NCBI GenBank assembly: GCA_024626585.2
Contig: JANKJI020000002.1
Coordinates: forward strand, 54,484,337-54,517,207
Length of the DNA: 32,871 bases
Source: Ginkgo biloba
Lineage: Eukaryota; Plantae; Ginkgophyta
Reading direction: 5' to 3'
How positions within the stretch are numbered: position 1 is the first letter of the stretch; each line of letters starts with the position of its first letter. Of the stretch, positions 1-12,899 are shown in pieces. The notes beneath the pieces are model-generated. The model was not told the DNA's origin and did not search any database. It saw nothing but the letters and a program-made list of their open reading frames with translations. The position numbers were made by a program, and so were the translations under genes.

Positions 1-779
1 CTTAAGAAATTAGGAATTCGAATCTAAATGTACATAGGGTGCCACTGTTATCACTATAAGATCACTAGTAGTGGATTCTAGATCCATCATCTAAAAAGAC
101 TCAGTGGTTTTCCCATGAAGAATAACAATTTCCCTCTCTATCCTTTTGGCCTTTTAGACCATATTTTTTAGATAATATATTTTTTCCTCTATAATTTATT
201 ATTGTCTTTTATTCAACTCTAGGTTTTTCACTGTTGATCTTTCCTTTATTGATTTTTATAATGAGAGCTTGGTTTCCTCTAACTTCTCCTCACACTTCCT
301 TTTATAAGTATCCAAACATACTATTGCCTCCCTTAATTATAGAGTACTCCATATAACTATTCTCTTATCCTCCTCTATTTTTTTACAAAGGGATTTTCAC
401 TCCTCCCATAGATACTTTGCCTATTGTTCCCTAGCCAAGTACTTGACATAGTGAATGTTTCCCTCTAAGGATACCCATCTTATTTTCTATATCAAAGGTT
501 GAATGAATATGTTAGCTTCTATAGGTATTACCAACTCATTGAATCCTCCTATATTCTTAAGTAAAATATAATAGTCCCACTCATCTTCCCCTTCTTTTCC
601 TTATTTTCACATATGAATTAAAAAATAAAAATTATCTTGGAGATTTTAATTTTTAGGATTAAACTCCTCTTCTATTATTTCCATGTGACATAATATTTTC
701 CTACCATTGAGTCCATATTACTCTAATATCCCATTCATATTTTATATTTAATTTGTACAAATGTGGTTGAATAGTTACT

Positions 780-1175
780 TCCTCCAAGTATAGTTATTCC
801 ATTTTTTCTTGCAAGCCATCTAGATTTGGCTATCTAAATTTCCCTTCTAGTCTATCTAGAATAGAATACCCAAATTTTCCTTCTAGACCCTTTGGTATAG
901 GTTGTATATATTTTCCCTATGATCCATATAAAATAATATTTCCATTTTCTCCCTTTTATTCATCTAGAATAGGTCATCCATATTTTCCATTTAGGCCATT
1001 TATTTTCTCCCTCTAGGCCATATAGAACAAGTCGCATGTCTTTTCCCTCTAGGTTATCCAAAATAAGTTGTCAAAAAGAGNNNNNNNNNNNNNNNNNNNN
1101 NNNNNNNNNNNNNNNNNNNNNNNNNNNNNNNNNNNNNNNNNNNGAATAGTTTGTTTATTTTCTCCCTCTAGGCTT
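780..1175 (-). repeat. Degenerate 36-bp tandem repeat downstream of the element A integrase
   Basis: Unit starts at about 780, 816, 852, 888, 924, 960, 996 (shortened unit), 1018 and 1054, continuing past the N gap. Example unit: catctagaataggtcatccatattttccatttaggc. The minus strand reads as a 12-aa motif like GLxGKxGxPILD. Confidence 0.75.
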
Positions 1176-3827
1176 AATTAAGAACTTTTTTTAAAAAAAA
1201 TCTTAAGTACTGCTACTTGATGTTTATTATACCTTTTAAATCCTTTCTTATTTAAAATTTCATCAATACATCCATGTTATTTCTTATATATGGGTCCATA
1301 TTCCTTTTCGTTCTCTGTCTTCTATGAGGATCCATCCACCAATCCATACTTCTTCCAGTTCACATATCCCATTTGCTAGTGAAGTTTCTTCTCTTGGAAC
1401 TCCCTATGTGAAAAATAAATTAGAATGACCTTTTCTCCCAATTTATGATAAAAATTTAGTTTAGAAACATTTATTGTTCCTTCCCTCTTCATACCATCCA
1501 AATTTGTTAATTGTACTAACCCATTTTCAAAATTTATGGTGACCATAATAAGTCCTAACCATTGAATTTCAACTTACTGGTATTGATCATATAATTCCCA
1601 TCATANNNNNNNNNNNNNNNNNNNNNNNNNNNNNNNNNNNNNNNNNNNNNNNNNNNNNNNNNNNTTATAATGAATGTAGCCCAATGTGCCATAAATCTCT
1701 TTTTGTCCAACACCAAAATTTTCTCCAATATTTCTCTTAGGCTAGCCTCATCATCAAGTCTATTATCTATGTCAATTTAGATTATAAACTCTAGTGTCAT
1801 AACTTATTGGTGTATATACACAAGTTAAAAGGATGTATTATTTATTATAACCTTATATATTCTACATAAATCTCACAATACAATGATAATCCTGTCTTCC
1901 TAGTATTTTTTATCTATCGTGCATATTTTATACATTATTTTTCCTAACATCATATTTTTAGCTTCCTCCTAACCATTATCTATTGGGAAATATGGGATTG
2001 AATTATGGTAAGAAATTTTAAACTTTGAAGTTAAGTTCTAAATCACATTACTTACAAAATAGCCTCCCTAGTTATTTGTCAATTTTAGAGGACAACCAAA
2101 CTATGTAATAATGTATTCATATAAAATTACTATGATGCTTTATGCAAAGTTGTTAGGTAAGGCATGGGATGAAACCCACATAGTCAAATAATTTGTTCCT
2201 ACCATAATATATCTCTTTTGACCTTTTTCTAAAGGATGCTTAAAAGTACCTATGAAGNNNNNNNNNNNNNNNNNNNNNNNNNNNNNNNNNNNNNNNNNNN
2301 NNNNNNNNNNNNNNNNNNNNNNNNNNNNNNNNNNNNNNNNNNNNNNNNNNNNNNNNNNNNNNNNNNNNNNNNNNNNNNNNNNNNNNNNNNNNNNNNNNNN
2401 NNNNNNNNNNNNNNNNNNNNNNNNNNNNNNNNNNNNNNNNNNNNNNNNNNNNNNNNNNNNNNNNNNNNNNNNNNNNNNNNNNNNNNNNNNNNNNNNNNNN
2501 NNNNNNNNNNNNNNNNNNNNNNNNNNNNNNNNNNNNNNNNNNNNNNNNNNNNNNNNNNNNNNNNNNNNNNNNNNNNNNNNNNNNNNNNNNNNNNNNNNNN
2601 NNTTAATGGGAATTATTTTAAAAAATGTCCCTATTGACAAGTAGTATGTAATATCTCCATTCCACTCCAGTACCATTGTGATGCTGAATAATTATTCATC
2701 TAGGAAAACATATTTTACTCTAGTTAGTAATTCTCTTGATTTTATTTTAGACAAGTGGTTAGATTTCATATATGACTTTCCAAGACTTATAATAACCTGC
2801 AAATAAAATTCTTATAGTAATAATATCCATCAATTAATTCATCCATGGATCATAGGTTTATACCAAATATAATAACTCCTAGTGATCTACCAAAAATACA
2901 AAGGTGTTTGCTAGGATATAGTGGTAAAGATTTTATACCAAGTATATCATACCCAATCCTTCTCAATCCATTGTACTATAATTGCACTCTTTATCATTAA
3001 CACGATGACTTGTGAAATAAATTGGGTGGTTAAATTTATTTGTGCCTTCTTGTGCCAATATATAACCAATCACAAATTAGGATGTGTCTACATATATGTG
3101 GAATTATTCATACCAATGAGGAAAAATTAAGATAGGGACACTTACTATTTTTAACTTTATCTCTTTAAATTTTTGTTTTTGTTTTTGTTCCTATTTGAAG
3201 ACAAGAATTGTTTGACATAATTTATCCAAGGGATAGGCTATATTTAAAAAAATCTTTATGAATATTTGGTAATATCTTATATGACTTAAACAAAATTGTA
3301 CAGCCTTAATTTTTCTTGGTATTCCTATATTTACAATGACTTATATCTTGTTGGGATCTATTTTTAATACTTGAGAATATCCCACATGTCAAGCAATTTC
3401 TTACTTCATACCAAAAACCAACATTTTTCCACATTCAATGTCAACCATTATTTTTTATAGATTTCCAAATATTCCTTCATAGCTTGTAAATATGTAGGAA
3501 CTACACCATACATAATCCAATCATCAAGAAATACTTTCTCCTTTCTGGTGGATAGTTTATTAAATAATGTTAGTATTATCCTCTAAAATGTTTTTGAGGA
3601 ATTGCATAATCTAAAAGGCATCTTATTGCATGCATAAAGGCCATATTTATAAAAAAATATTATTTTTTAATCTGTCCTTTTATACTATGTTAATCTAGTT
3701 ATATCTTGAAAATTCATCAAGGAATGATTAGATCATGTGCCCTACCACTTCTTACAAAATACTATCAATGAAAGGGATAGGGAAAGGATATTTATATTTT
3801 ACTACATTTAACTTTTGAAAAATCATA

Positions 3828-3950
3828 CAAATATGTAGATTACCATTTATCTTTGGAGAAATGATATTGGATGAAACCTAATCATTGGTTTCATCCAATG
3901 ATTAGGTTTCATCCAAATATGTAGATTACCATATATCTTTGGAGAAATGA
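3828..3950. repeat. 37-bp direct duplication enclosing a perfect 22-bp inverted repeat
   Basis: caaatatgtagattaccat[t/a]tatctttggagaaatga at 3828-3864 and 3914-3950. Arms ttggatgaaacctaatcattgg (3867-3888) and ccaatgattaggtttcatccaa (3895-3916), with a 6-nt loop. Confidence 0.92.
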
Positions 3951-4019
3951 AAATTATTATTTCATCCAACATCTTCATTATCTCTTATTTCACTTGTGAT
4001 ACATATTTTAGATTCATAC

Positions 4020-4625
4020 TGTAGACACTTAAATTTGATCATCCTAGTGCTCTTCTTAGTGTCATTTAATGTAATTAATTGAATCTTTTCCTAATTGTCA
4101 TCTTGATGTCATTTAATCTTATTNNNNNNNNNNNNNNNNNNNNNNNNNNNNNNNNNNNNNNNNNNNNNNNNNNNNNNNNNNNNNNNNNNNNNNNNNNNNC
4201 CTATCAAAAAATCTCAAATCTCAAATCCTTCTAAATCTACCCATAAATCAAAAAATGAAAAAATCTCTCTTTCTCTTGGAAAGAGGCGAATCATTCCTCA
4301 TCAAAAAAGGAAATTTTCTTTTGTGGAAGGGGAGTTCATTGATTATGATTCATTTTTAACTCTCTCTCACACATGAGAGGAGGATTATCATTGTGCACTC
4401 TTTGGAGATTGGCTCTTCATCCTTGGAGAATTATTCTTGGCATTCTTTCCCTCATCTACCATTCCTCCACAACTGCAACCATCGTTTCACTGGAGAATCT
4501 AAGAAACCACATACATAATCTAAGCATATCAGCTTCTTTTCTCAATCTGAGGTTTTGTTGGATTTAGATTAGGAAGTTGAATGTTTGATTTTAGTTTTCT
4601 GTTTAGATCTAAGCCCTGCATTACA
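4020..4625. mobile_element. Solo LTR inserted into the RT start of element A
   Basis: Begins TGTAGACAC and ends GCATTACA (TGTA...TACA). Flanked by CATAC (4015-4019) and CATGC (4626-4630). Removing it and one TSD copy restores the pol frame KFPYRM|NLKYVSQVK. Contains an N gap. Confidence 0.85.
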
Positions 4626-6149
4626 CATGCGATATGGAAATTTCGTCACTAGTTCTATATCTTGTAGAAGTTCAATCCTATGCTTATATGATTCTTGAGG
4701 TATGCCTTTTAAGTCATGATATATCCATGTGAACACATCTTTATGAGATCAATATCCTAGTCACTTTTGATTAGGATTTTCTTAGGATCCTCATCATTCC
4801 CTAAGTTAGCTTCAATTACCATTGGTCCTTCTTATTAGATCTCCTCCTTATTGGAAAAGGAGTGATTTGATGTTGTCTTTATCTCTTTGTATTTAAATTG
4901 GACTCTCATTCAATTACTTCATTCCCTTGACTCTCATTCCTATCATTTTCCTATAAATTAGTTATAATTTCTTCTTGGTAATTAATTTTTCTCTAATCCA
5001 CAATTACTATTTGGAAGGATATCATTCTCAAAACATAGATCTAGTACTAGCATGCCATCTTTATTAGGCTTGCATAGTGCATCCTCAAATAGTTCATCTT
5101 CTCTATGTATATTTACTTCCCTACTATTCTTATCATATTTGGATTCATCCAAACCAAAACTTAATATGAGTTCTTTACTCATGATCCAATTTTATAAACC
5201 AATGCATAACCTTTTTACATTTTTCTTGATCAACCAAATAACAACCCCGCTCCCATGTTGGATTACTATGGCTTGTCTTAACCAAGGTATTTCAAATAAT
5301 ATAGGGTATAATGTTTTCCCTTGGTATATTAGAATGACCATAAAATCCAATATGAAGGTTTGACTTGAGATATAAATATTTTATCCCATCATAAGTCTTA
5401 TTGGTTTCACTCTAATTTTTCCAACCATCCTCAATTTAAATTTCACTAGCTAAAGTTTAGGTCAGACTAACTATTACCACACTATCTCTAAATTAATGTT
5501 CATAACCAAGCCACCATCATTAATGGTTTGTTTCAAATATTTTTTCATTACTCATATTGTAATTTCTATGGCTTCATCCTCCTTTATGGAGAGAGAACCT
5601 ACCTATAGAAAATTATCCACCACTACATTTTTATGAATTGGCTTTCCTATAATTACCCATTCTTCCACAATGGTTGCATTAAATGGGGTTTCCCTTCAAG
5701 TGTCATTATAAATGAAAATATTTTTTGGATCAGGAATTGCATTGAATAAGGTAACTAATTTCACTAAAACCTCTAATTGGAGGATTTGTTGTATTATGTC
5801 ATATTTTAAAATTTTGGTGATATCCTCTAAATCCTTCCTCTATTTGTTCACTTTTGTTTCAAGCATATGGACTTTGGGATACTCCATTGTCCCACACATT
5901 AATATTTTTCATGACCTTCTTATGATTTTTTAAAAATTTCTTGAGATGTGATTTCCTTAGTGGGTTCATTTTTCTACAAGCCATGGATGATCTTAGTCAT
6001 ATTCTACAAGCACTCCTTTTTAGTTATAGGATCGAGGTACTACTATTTTTATTTACTCTAAGTTTGTATAACATATGCATTTTCCTCCTTTAAAGGTTCC
6101 ATTTGAACAAGATGAGTCACTTTATACTTTTACTTCAAGTAATTCACAT

Positions 6150-7185
6150 TGGCATGATCTCCTAGTATATACCATTTGTATAACATTACATCACCCGAGA
6201 TTTGATATAGGAAATCCTTAGCAAAGTATCCTTACTCTGGAGATATATAAAATTAGATAATTAGATGTCTCATAAAGTCATAATTCACTCTAGGTATAAT
6301 GTTCTAATTTGTCCTTTAGTTATATGAGTGGAAAGTTTTGTATCCATTNNNNNNNNNNNNNNNNNNNNNNNNNNNNNNNNNNNNNNNNNNNNNNNNNNNN
6401 NNNNNNNNNNNNNNNNNNNNNNNNNNNNNNNNNNNNNNNNNNNNNNNNNNNTTACCTTCGTCTATATTGTTATTTTTATTTTTGTAAATATTACAATACT
6501 TATAAGTTTTGGGATATTCTCCTTCCAGGTGGCCTTCCTTCTTTCCTTTAGTGCACCATATGTATTTCTATTATTTTTTCTTATTTATAAATATTTCCTT
6601 CATCATTCACATCATATCCAATCTCAAGTCTAGAATTAAGCAAGGTTCATTGCCATCAATGTTGGATGGTTTTCCCTAGTAAGACTTATTATTTTCATCT
6701 ATTTTTGGGTTCAACACCCTATTGATACCTTATTCATAAGACATCAATGGAATAAATTTTAATTTCTTTTTATATTTGGGTATCAGACCCTTTATAAACC
6801 ATTATCATTTTTTACCTTCTATTACTTAGGATTCTACTTTTTTAATAAGTTCCTTTCATCATCTATGACATAGATAGAAACTTTCTCCTTTTTCATGTTT
6901 GAGATTGTATATATTGCCTATGACTTCTCCATCATCCCTTAGTAAGTTCAATTCTTTCTCAAATTCCTTCCTTAATGACTACTAGTATTTAAAGTAGTTC
7001 ATAGGAAAATCCTTATACCATTCCTTAGCTATGTCCTANNNNNNNNNNNNNNNNNNNNNNNNNNNNNNNNNNNNNNNNNNNNNNNNNNNNNNNNNNTCCA
7101 AATTATTTCATAAAATTTACATTGATAGATGGGGTCCTATTTCCCATTCCTAATGAAGGTGGGGAGCCTTTACTGCTCCATAGAT
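6150..7185 (-). pseudogene. gag pseudogene of element A
   Basis: LPTFIRNGK*DPIYQCKFYEIIW (~7097-7170), AKEWYKDFP...SLRKEFEKEL (~6950-7035), and a decayed zinc-knuckle-like stretch near 6150-6240. Confidence 0.7.
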
Positions 7186-9768
7186 ATCATCAGTCTCAGT
7201 CCATAAAATAAACTATATGTTCTTGGTGCAATTAATGTCCCTTCTATATTTGTAAATTCACTTAGAATGTTTGTTCCAATTACTACTTCTCTATCATTAA
7301 AATATTATAATCCTTCTTCTCTAATATAAAAGAGTGTCAGTCTTCCTCTATTGTCAATATATCATTGGTTCATAATCCCTCCCTATTACTTACTATGCAA
7401 CCCATCAACACATTCAATATTTAAAATTTAATATCTTATTGGGTACGCAACCATAAAATACCACTCCAAGCCCTATAATAAACTATAATATCTCTCCTTT
7501 GGTCTATTCTCTAACTTTATAATTCTTATCAATAGGACTAGGTATGCATTCCTTCAATGCCTCTTGATATTTGAGATTTAGTTATACTAGTGAGTATATA
7601 ACATCCACTTATCTTGGAGTATGGTCTTCTCATTTTTTCCTTGACCATTGAAAATAGAATGTTCTTCGACAAAATATTTTTCATTTTATTTTGTTTCTCT
7701 TATTCACTCCTTCATTTTGCAAGTCGCATTAAACATTGGAGAGGAAGTACAAGTGTAATTTCTTTGTGAGTTCTTCTTTAATCTCTTACAATAATTTTTT
7801 TCCAAAAATCTCTACCAAAACATCTAATCAAAACACCACCATGTCATCTAAGTGAAGGAGAATTATTCCATACCAAAGTAGAAAACTCAAATTTATCTTT
7901 ATCACATAGAGGTAACTTCTCTAAATCTAGATTTGTTGTAATGAATTAGGAAAGATGTCTATTAATTGAATAAAATTTCTATCATTTACCATATATTCAA
8001 TATTACCTTAAGACTTCACATTCATACATGCCTCCATTTTTATAATTTTTCTTCTTCATTTGAGTTCTTTAAGCCTTTCAACCATTAATGTTAAAATTAT
8101 ACTGATAAATATTTTGACCTCCTTGGTGTTAAAACTTTGCTCAAATCCTAACACTATTTGGTTATTATTTCCATATTATTATAATATGTATTCTTACACC
8201 AATTGGTTCCATAAGAGCCAAAATTTAGCTACATTAATTGATACGAGGGAATCAAATAATTTTATGAAAAACACAATCTCAACAGTGAAATTTTGAGAAT
8301 TGGTAGGAAGGTGTTGAGAGAAAAAATTGATGGTGAAAAGGTGTTAAGCATTACCAAGATTTCTACAAATATACAACATATCAGTGGTACAAAAAGGGCC
8401 TTTTAGATAAAAGAATCAAGAAGAAGATAAGTGGTTCCAAGATACAAGAAAGGCACTCNNNNNNNNNNNNNNNNNNNNNNNNNNNNNNNNNNNNNNNNNN
8501 NNNNNNNNNNNNNNNNNNNNNNNNNNNNNNNNNNNNNNNNNNNNNNNNNNNNNNNNNNNNNNNNNNNNNNNNNNNNNNNNNNNNNNNNNNNNNNNNNNNN
8601 NNNNNNNNNNNNNNNNNNNNNNNNNNNNNNNNNNNNNNNNNNNNNNNNNNNNNNNNNNNNNNNNNNNNNNNNNNNNNNNNNNNNNNNNNNNNNNNNNNNN
8701 NNNNNNNNNNNNNNNNNNNNNNNNNNNNNNNNNNNNNNNNNNNNNNNNNNNNNNNNNNNNNNNNNNNNNNNNNNNNNNNNNNNNNNNNNNNNNNNNNNNN
8801 NNNNNNNNNNNNNNNNNNNNCACGCTTGGAAACGAACCCCAGACGGGTCCAGTAAGCTGAGTACGAAGGGCTACGATGTGAGATTCGAAAAGGTGTGATG
8901 CTTCATATCTCGTCAACCTTAACTGCAAATTTAATGGTGATTTCCAACTAGGATTTTAGAGAGGATTCATTGGCAGGTGGAGTTCACACAGACATCTAAA
9001 GGGTTCAAAGTATAGGTGAAGATTTTTTGGTATATAGGATAAGTTTGTGTCGTATGTCAATGGTAGGAAGGTTTTTAGTAGGTAGACATTGAGAGGAAGG
9101 CAACCATTCATAAGTAGGTAGTATAAGGCAACCAAAGAACAAGAGTTGAGAGGAATTGGTTAAGAATATAAGTGGACTAGCTTGCAATATTTGTTTGTAG
9201 TAATGGAGGAGAAACTAGTCGAGATAATAAGGTCTAAAAGTGAGATAATAGAGGTAAGTGATCCATGAGTTAATTCCATAGGAGTCAAAAGAGAAGAGAG
9301 AGTATATGGGTCTTAAGGAAATCTCTTAGAAAGGACTATGAAAAGGGATGTAGTAAACAAGGTCCAAGGATGAGAGATAAATGATATTGGCCATTGGTTG
9401 GAAAATACAAATAGAAAAAGGTAGAAGGGATAGATCTAAAACCTTGAGAAGAGGGATTTATCAAATATATTGGGTCATATCATATTGTTTGTATTTTTTT
9501 TTTATGTTTTCTCTCTTACCACAAAGTTCATTGTAATTCTTCAAAGTGTAACCCCATCTAGAGAATTTATAATAGAAATAAAGTGGTAATAAAAAGAGCA
9601 TTTATAATTCCTCATTCCTATGTGATGTTTATTATGCATGGGTGAACAATGTAGAGAAGTAAAAGCATATCCATAATTTAATATGAATCATTTGTTGTGA
9701 TTCTTCTATCACGTTAAAAAAAAATTGTAAAGGATGTGAGAAAACATATCGCATGTCCTGAGTTCCAT

Positions 9769-9792
9769 ACTACATCATCTGGTATCAAATCC
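9769..9792 (+). mobile_element. LTR 3' end followed by a tRNA-iMet-type primer binding site
   Basis: ACTACATCA (ends 9777), TC spacer, then TGGTATCAAATCC (9780-9792), compared with canonical TGGTATCAGAGCC. A gag-start-like coiled-coil stretch IEIKALRRKIEELENE follows at ~9878-9925. Confidence 0.55.
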
Positions 9793-10404
9793 AAAGATCA
9801 TCTAGATAGTGATTTTAATGAGGAGAGGAATTAAGAATGGTAAGGAGGGTTTCTAGAGGAGGGTTAGTAGTGGATAATATAGAAATTAAGGCATTAAGGA
9901 GGAAAATAGAGGAGTTGGAGAATGAAACCCTGAGGCACAAATAAGGTGAAGACCCTGAATCAAAAGTGTTAGAATAATTCCAATTTAAGTTAGTAAGTTA
10001 AGTTGGCTTTAGTTAGAAAAGCTCATGTAAGGAATAGTTAGTTAGTTACTATCAATATATGACATGTAAGACATGCAAAATATGTAATACATGCAANNNN
10101 NNNNNNNNNNNNNNNNNNNNNNNNNNNNNNNNNNNNNNNNNNNNNNNNNNNNNNNNNNNNNNNNNNNNNNNNNNNNNNNNNNNNNNNNNNNNNNNNGTTA
10201 AAAATATTTGGAATACAAAGTTTCAAGTTATATGGATGCCAATACAAAAATTGAGACAAAAGTCTGCTTTTTAATTTAATTTTTTCATTAAGTAGATATT
10301 TCTATTCTAATCACTTTTATCTATTAGCATATTTTATAATTTTACTTGGCTTAGGATCTACAAGAAATTATTATAAAGATAGAAAGAAAACATTAAGTGG
10401 TTTT

Positions 10405-10790
10405 AATATCATTTTCTTCTATTATTCATTAATGAAGTTCTTGATATGCTGGATAGAAGGAAATATTTTCATTCTTGGATGGTTTCTTGGGGTGTAATCA
10501 GATTCAAATTACCCATGAGAATCAAGATAAAACTACATTTACCTATGCATGGGGTACCTTCACTTACTGAGTTTTATGTTTGTTCTATACAATGCTCTCA
10601 CTTCCTTTCAACGAGCAATGGTAAGCATATTTTTTTAATGCATTAATGATTTTATTGAGGCTCACAAGGATGATTTTTGGTCTATAGTAACTCCTTTCAA
10701 GAATCTCTAGATCAATTAGAGGTCACTCTTCAGAAGTATTCCCAGATCAACTTATCCCTTAATAGTAAAAAATGTAAAATATTTCTCATA
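10405..10790 (+). pseudogene. Gypsy (Athila-like) reverse transcriptase fragment
   Basis: With frameshifts: FINEVLDML..RKYF / FLDGFLGCNQIQITHENQDKTTFTYAWGTFTY / LYNALTSFQRAMVSIF...IEAHKDDF / YSNSFQESLDQLE...NLSLNSKKCKIF. This matches the consensus FLDGFSGYNQIQIAPEDQDKTTFTCPWGTF. Confidence 0.92.
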
Positions 10791-12899
10791 TACTTAGGAG
10801 GATCAAGTTAGTTAAATCAAGGGGATTTATAGATATATTTTCTCATACTATGTGCTTTTTAACCCCTCTAAAACCCATGCGTAATATTGACATGCATATT
10901 TTAGGTTGTTCCATCCATTGCTTCCAGAGAACATATCAAGCAATGATATTGTCTGTTGAGGTAAATCCTTAGAAATACAACAGGACTATCTCCATTTCTT
11001 TGTTTGGGCCAGAAGGAAAAGGGGAGGATTACAAGTGGCAAATAGAATTTTTGCTAGTGTGGAGAGAACAATATTGATGACATAGTTGTTGTATGGTACA
11101 CTCCTTTGTGATGGAACAACAAATAATAACTCAACCCTAAGAGAAAGGGGGTCATTAAGAATTTTTCTTTTTGTTCTTTGGTTGAAATTATCTTCATATA
11201 TCTATATCAAAAATTCAAACTAAAAAATATTCAAACATGGCCTCAAAATAAAAAAGGTCATCACAAAATGTCATATCCGTGTAAAATAACAACCGCCCAT
11301 TTTCAAGTCCATTTTATCTTTTTATACACAAAAGGTTTAATTTTTAACACTTTGCAGGCTCCATTGAAGGTTGGATTGCAAAAACAATATGAGAGAGAAA
11401 AATGAATTTAGCAAATTTGTCAGTTGTAGGTACTAAAAGCGAATTTGCAAACTCCAGCCAGAATCTCAGAGCATCTAGCATATACGTATACAACCTAAAG
11501 ATCTGGCCTAATGGATAGCAGGTGAAAATAGACATCAGTTGTCATTAGTTTGATCGCCGCAAGATCCTAGCATGCACAGAATACAGGGTTGTCAATACCA
11601 GTGCCAATAAGGCCAGACAGCACCTGGAAACAGAAACCCAGAGAGCCAACCACCTGAGGTGCTTGGCTTACTGCGTTCCCTTTATTAAATGTCTGAAAAA
11701 CAAAAGGCAAGAGTCCAGGATTGAATATAGAGGATTCGGTGCCCGTCAAAGCCCCTTACCCCTCCATAAAGGGTTCCAAATATTATGCCATTCCAATGCA
11801 CAGCAGTAGTAAAACTTTGTTTGTCAAAAAAGGACACCATCCATAAAGGTTTCTATTATTTTGGAACCTGCTTCTTTAGTTACGTCAGTATTTCGAAGAG
11901 AATCATTCCTCTAGAATGACAAGTTAAACCTAGGGATCGCTTCATTATAGAAAGCATTTTGCCCCACTAATTCAACCCAGCTACCCTCCTGACAACCGTA
12001 TATTAGGTTTCATGAATTCACATAATCTTATAGAAAGGATGGAATAAAATCTAGGAAAAATAGAGGGGTTAATGGTAAGAAAATAGGAAAAAGAAGAAAA
12101 TCACCCAAAGAATAACCTGGAGGGACATGTGGGAGGTTTTTTCCTAGGGTAGAAGTTCATAAGTTTGACAAAAGATATGTACAAACTTAGCTCATCCAAA
12201 TGGAAAAGTATTTTATTCCTTAATGTAGGTGTCTTAGAGATCAATGTTCATGTTAATAATGGACTCTCTTACTACTTATACCTCCTATATAGATCATATT
12301 TTTTGGAGAAAGCATTAATCTATCTCATATCTATCCAAGGGTGTTCTTTCCTCCACAGTCTCTTATTTGTTGGATGGGTGAAGAATGGCTTGATGATATA
12401 GCTCAAGAGTAGGTTTTAATTATAGAGATTGGATTTTATAGTAGTCCAATTTCTACTGGATGACTTGGATGATGATTTTATGGATATTATTGATGCCCTA
12501 GAGTGTCAATTTATCCTTATCCATGATGAGTTGTTGGATATCTAATCCTTCTAGTAAGGGATCCTTATCTCTTTGTTCACTACACTTCATGGTCACTCCC
12601 ATATTAATATTTTGACTCCCTTCAAAAATAAAATTAATATCATTTTATTTCTTCATAAAAAAAAACTAGATCTAGCGATCTGATTTATCTAATGGTGTTG
12701 ATTCTAGGGGCATGGATTGTAATGGTTCTCTAGATATAACCTTTTTGCATTATACCTATTGTTAATGCTATACTTGAGAGAATACTTCTCTTTGGTTACC
12801 AATGGTGTCTTATTTTTTGAAGTCCAAGGAAGACTCACGATCTTCATCATTATCTTTTTCTAAATCAAATAATTTAGGGTTCTTTAATTTATGGGTAGA

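Larger units (their letters stand above)
1445..5560 (-). pseudogene. pol pseudogene of element A (protease, RT, RNase H, integrase)
   Basis: PR: INDGGLVMNI...YPILFEIPWLRQA (~5270-5535). RT: YPFPIPFIDSIL (~3760-3795), KMPFRLCNSSKTF (~3590-3625), KVFLDDWIM (3537-3511). RH: LAQEGTNKFNHPIYFTS (~3005-3060). INT core: YIMVGTNYLTMWV...FGCPLKLT (~2075-2215). INT C-terminus: YDGNYMINTSKLK...ENGLVQLTNLDG (~1490-1605). Confidence 0.92.
1..7200 (-). mobile_element. Degenerate Ty3/Gypsy LTR retrotransposon internal region (element A; non-chromovirus, Athila/Tat-like): gag-PR-RT-RH-INT plus a 3' extension
   Basis: Minus-strand translation gives domains in Gypsy order from ~7185 down to ~1445, with many stops and frameshifts. 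Its own LTRs were not identified, so boundaries are approximate. Confidence 0.9.

Noticed and set aside
2140-2676. Long ORFs in the track that span N runs (also 8416-8928, 25574-26031 and others)
   Set aside because: Their length comes from assembly gaps. The real residues are TE fragments or unassignable.
8215-8275. ATLIDTRESNNFM as a retropepsin motif
   Set aside because: Only a short resemblance to LIDSGATHNF with no supporting context. It is too weak to call.
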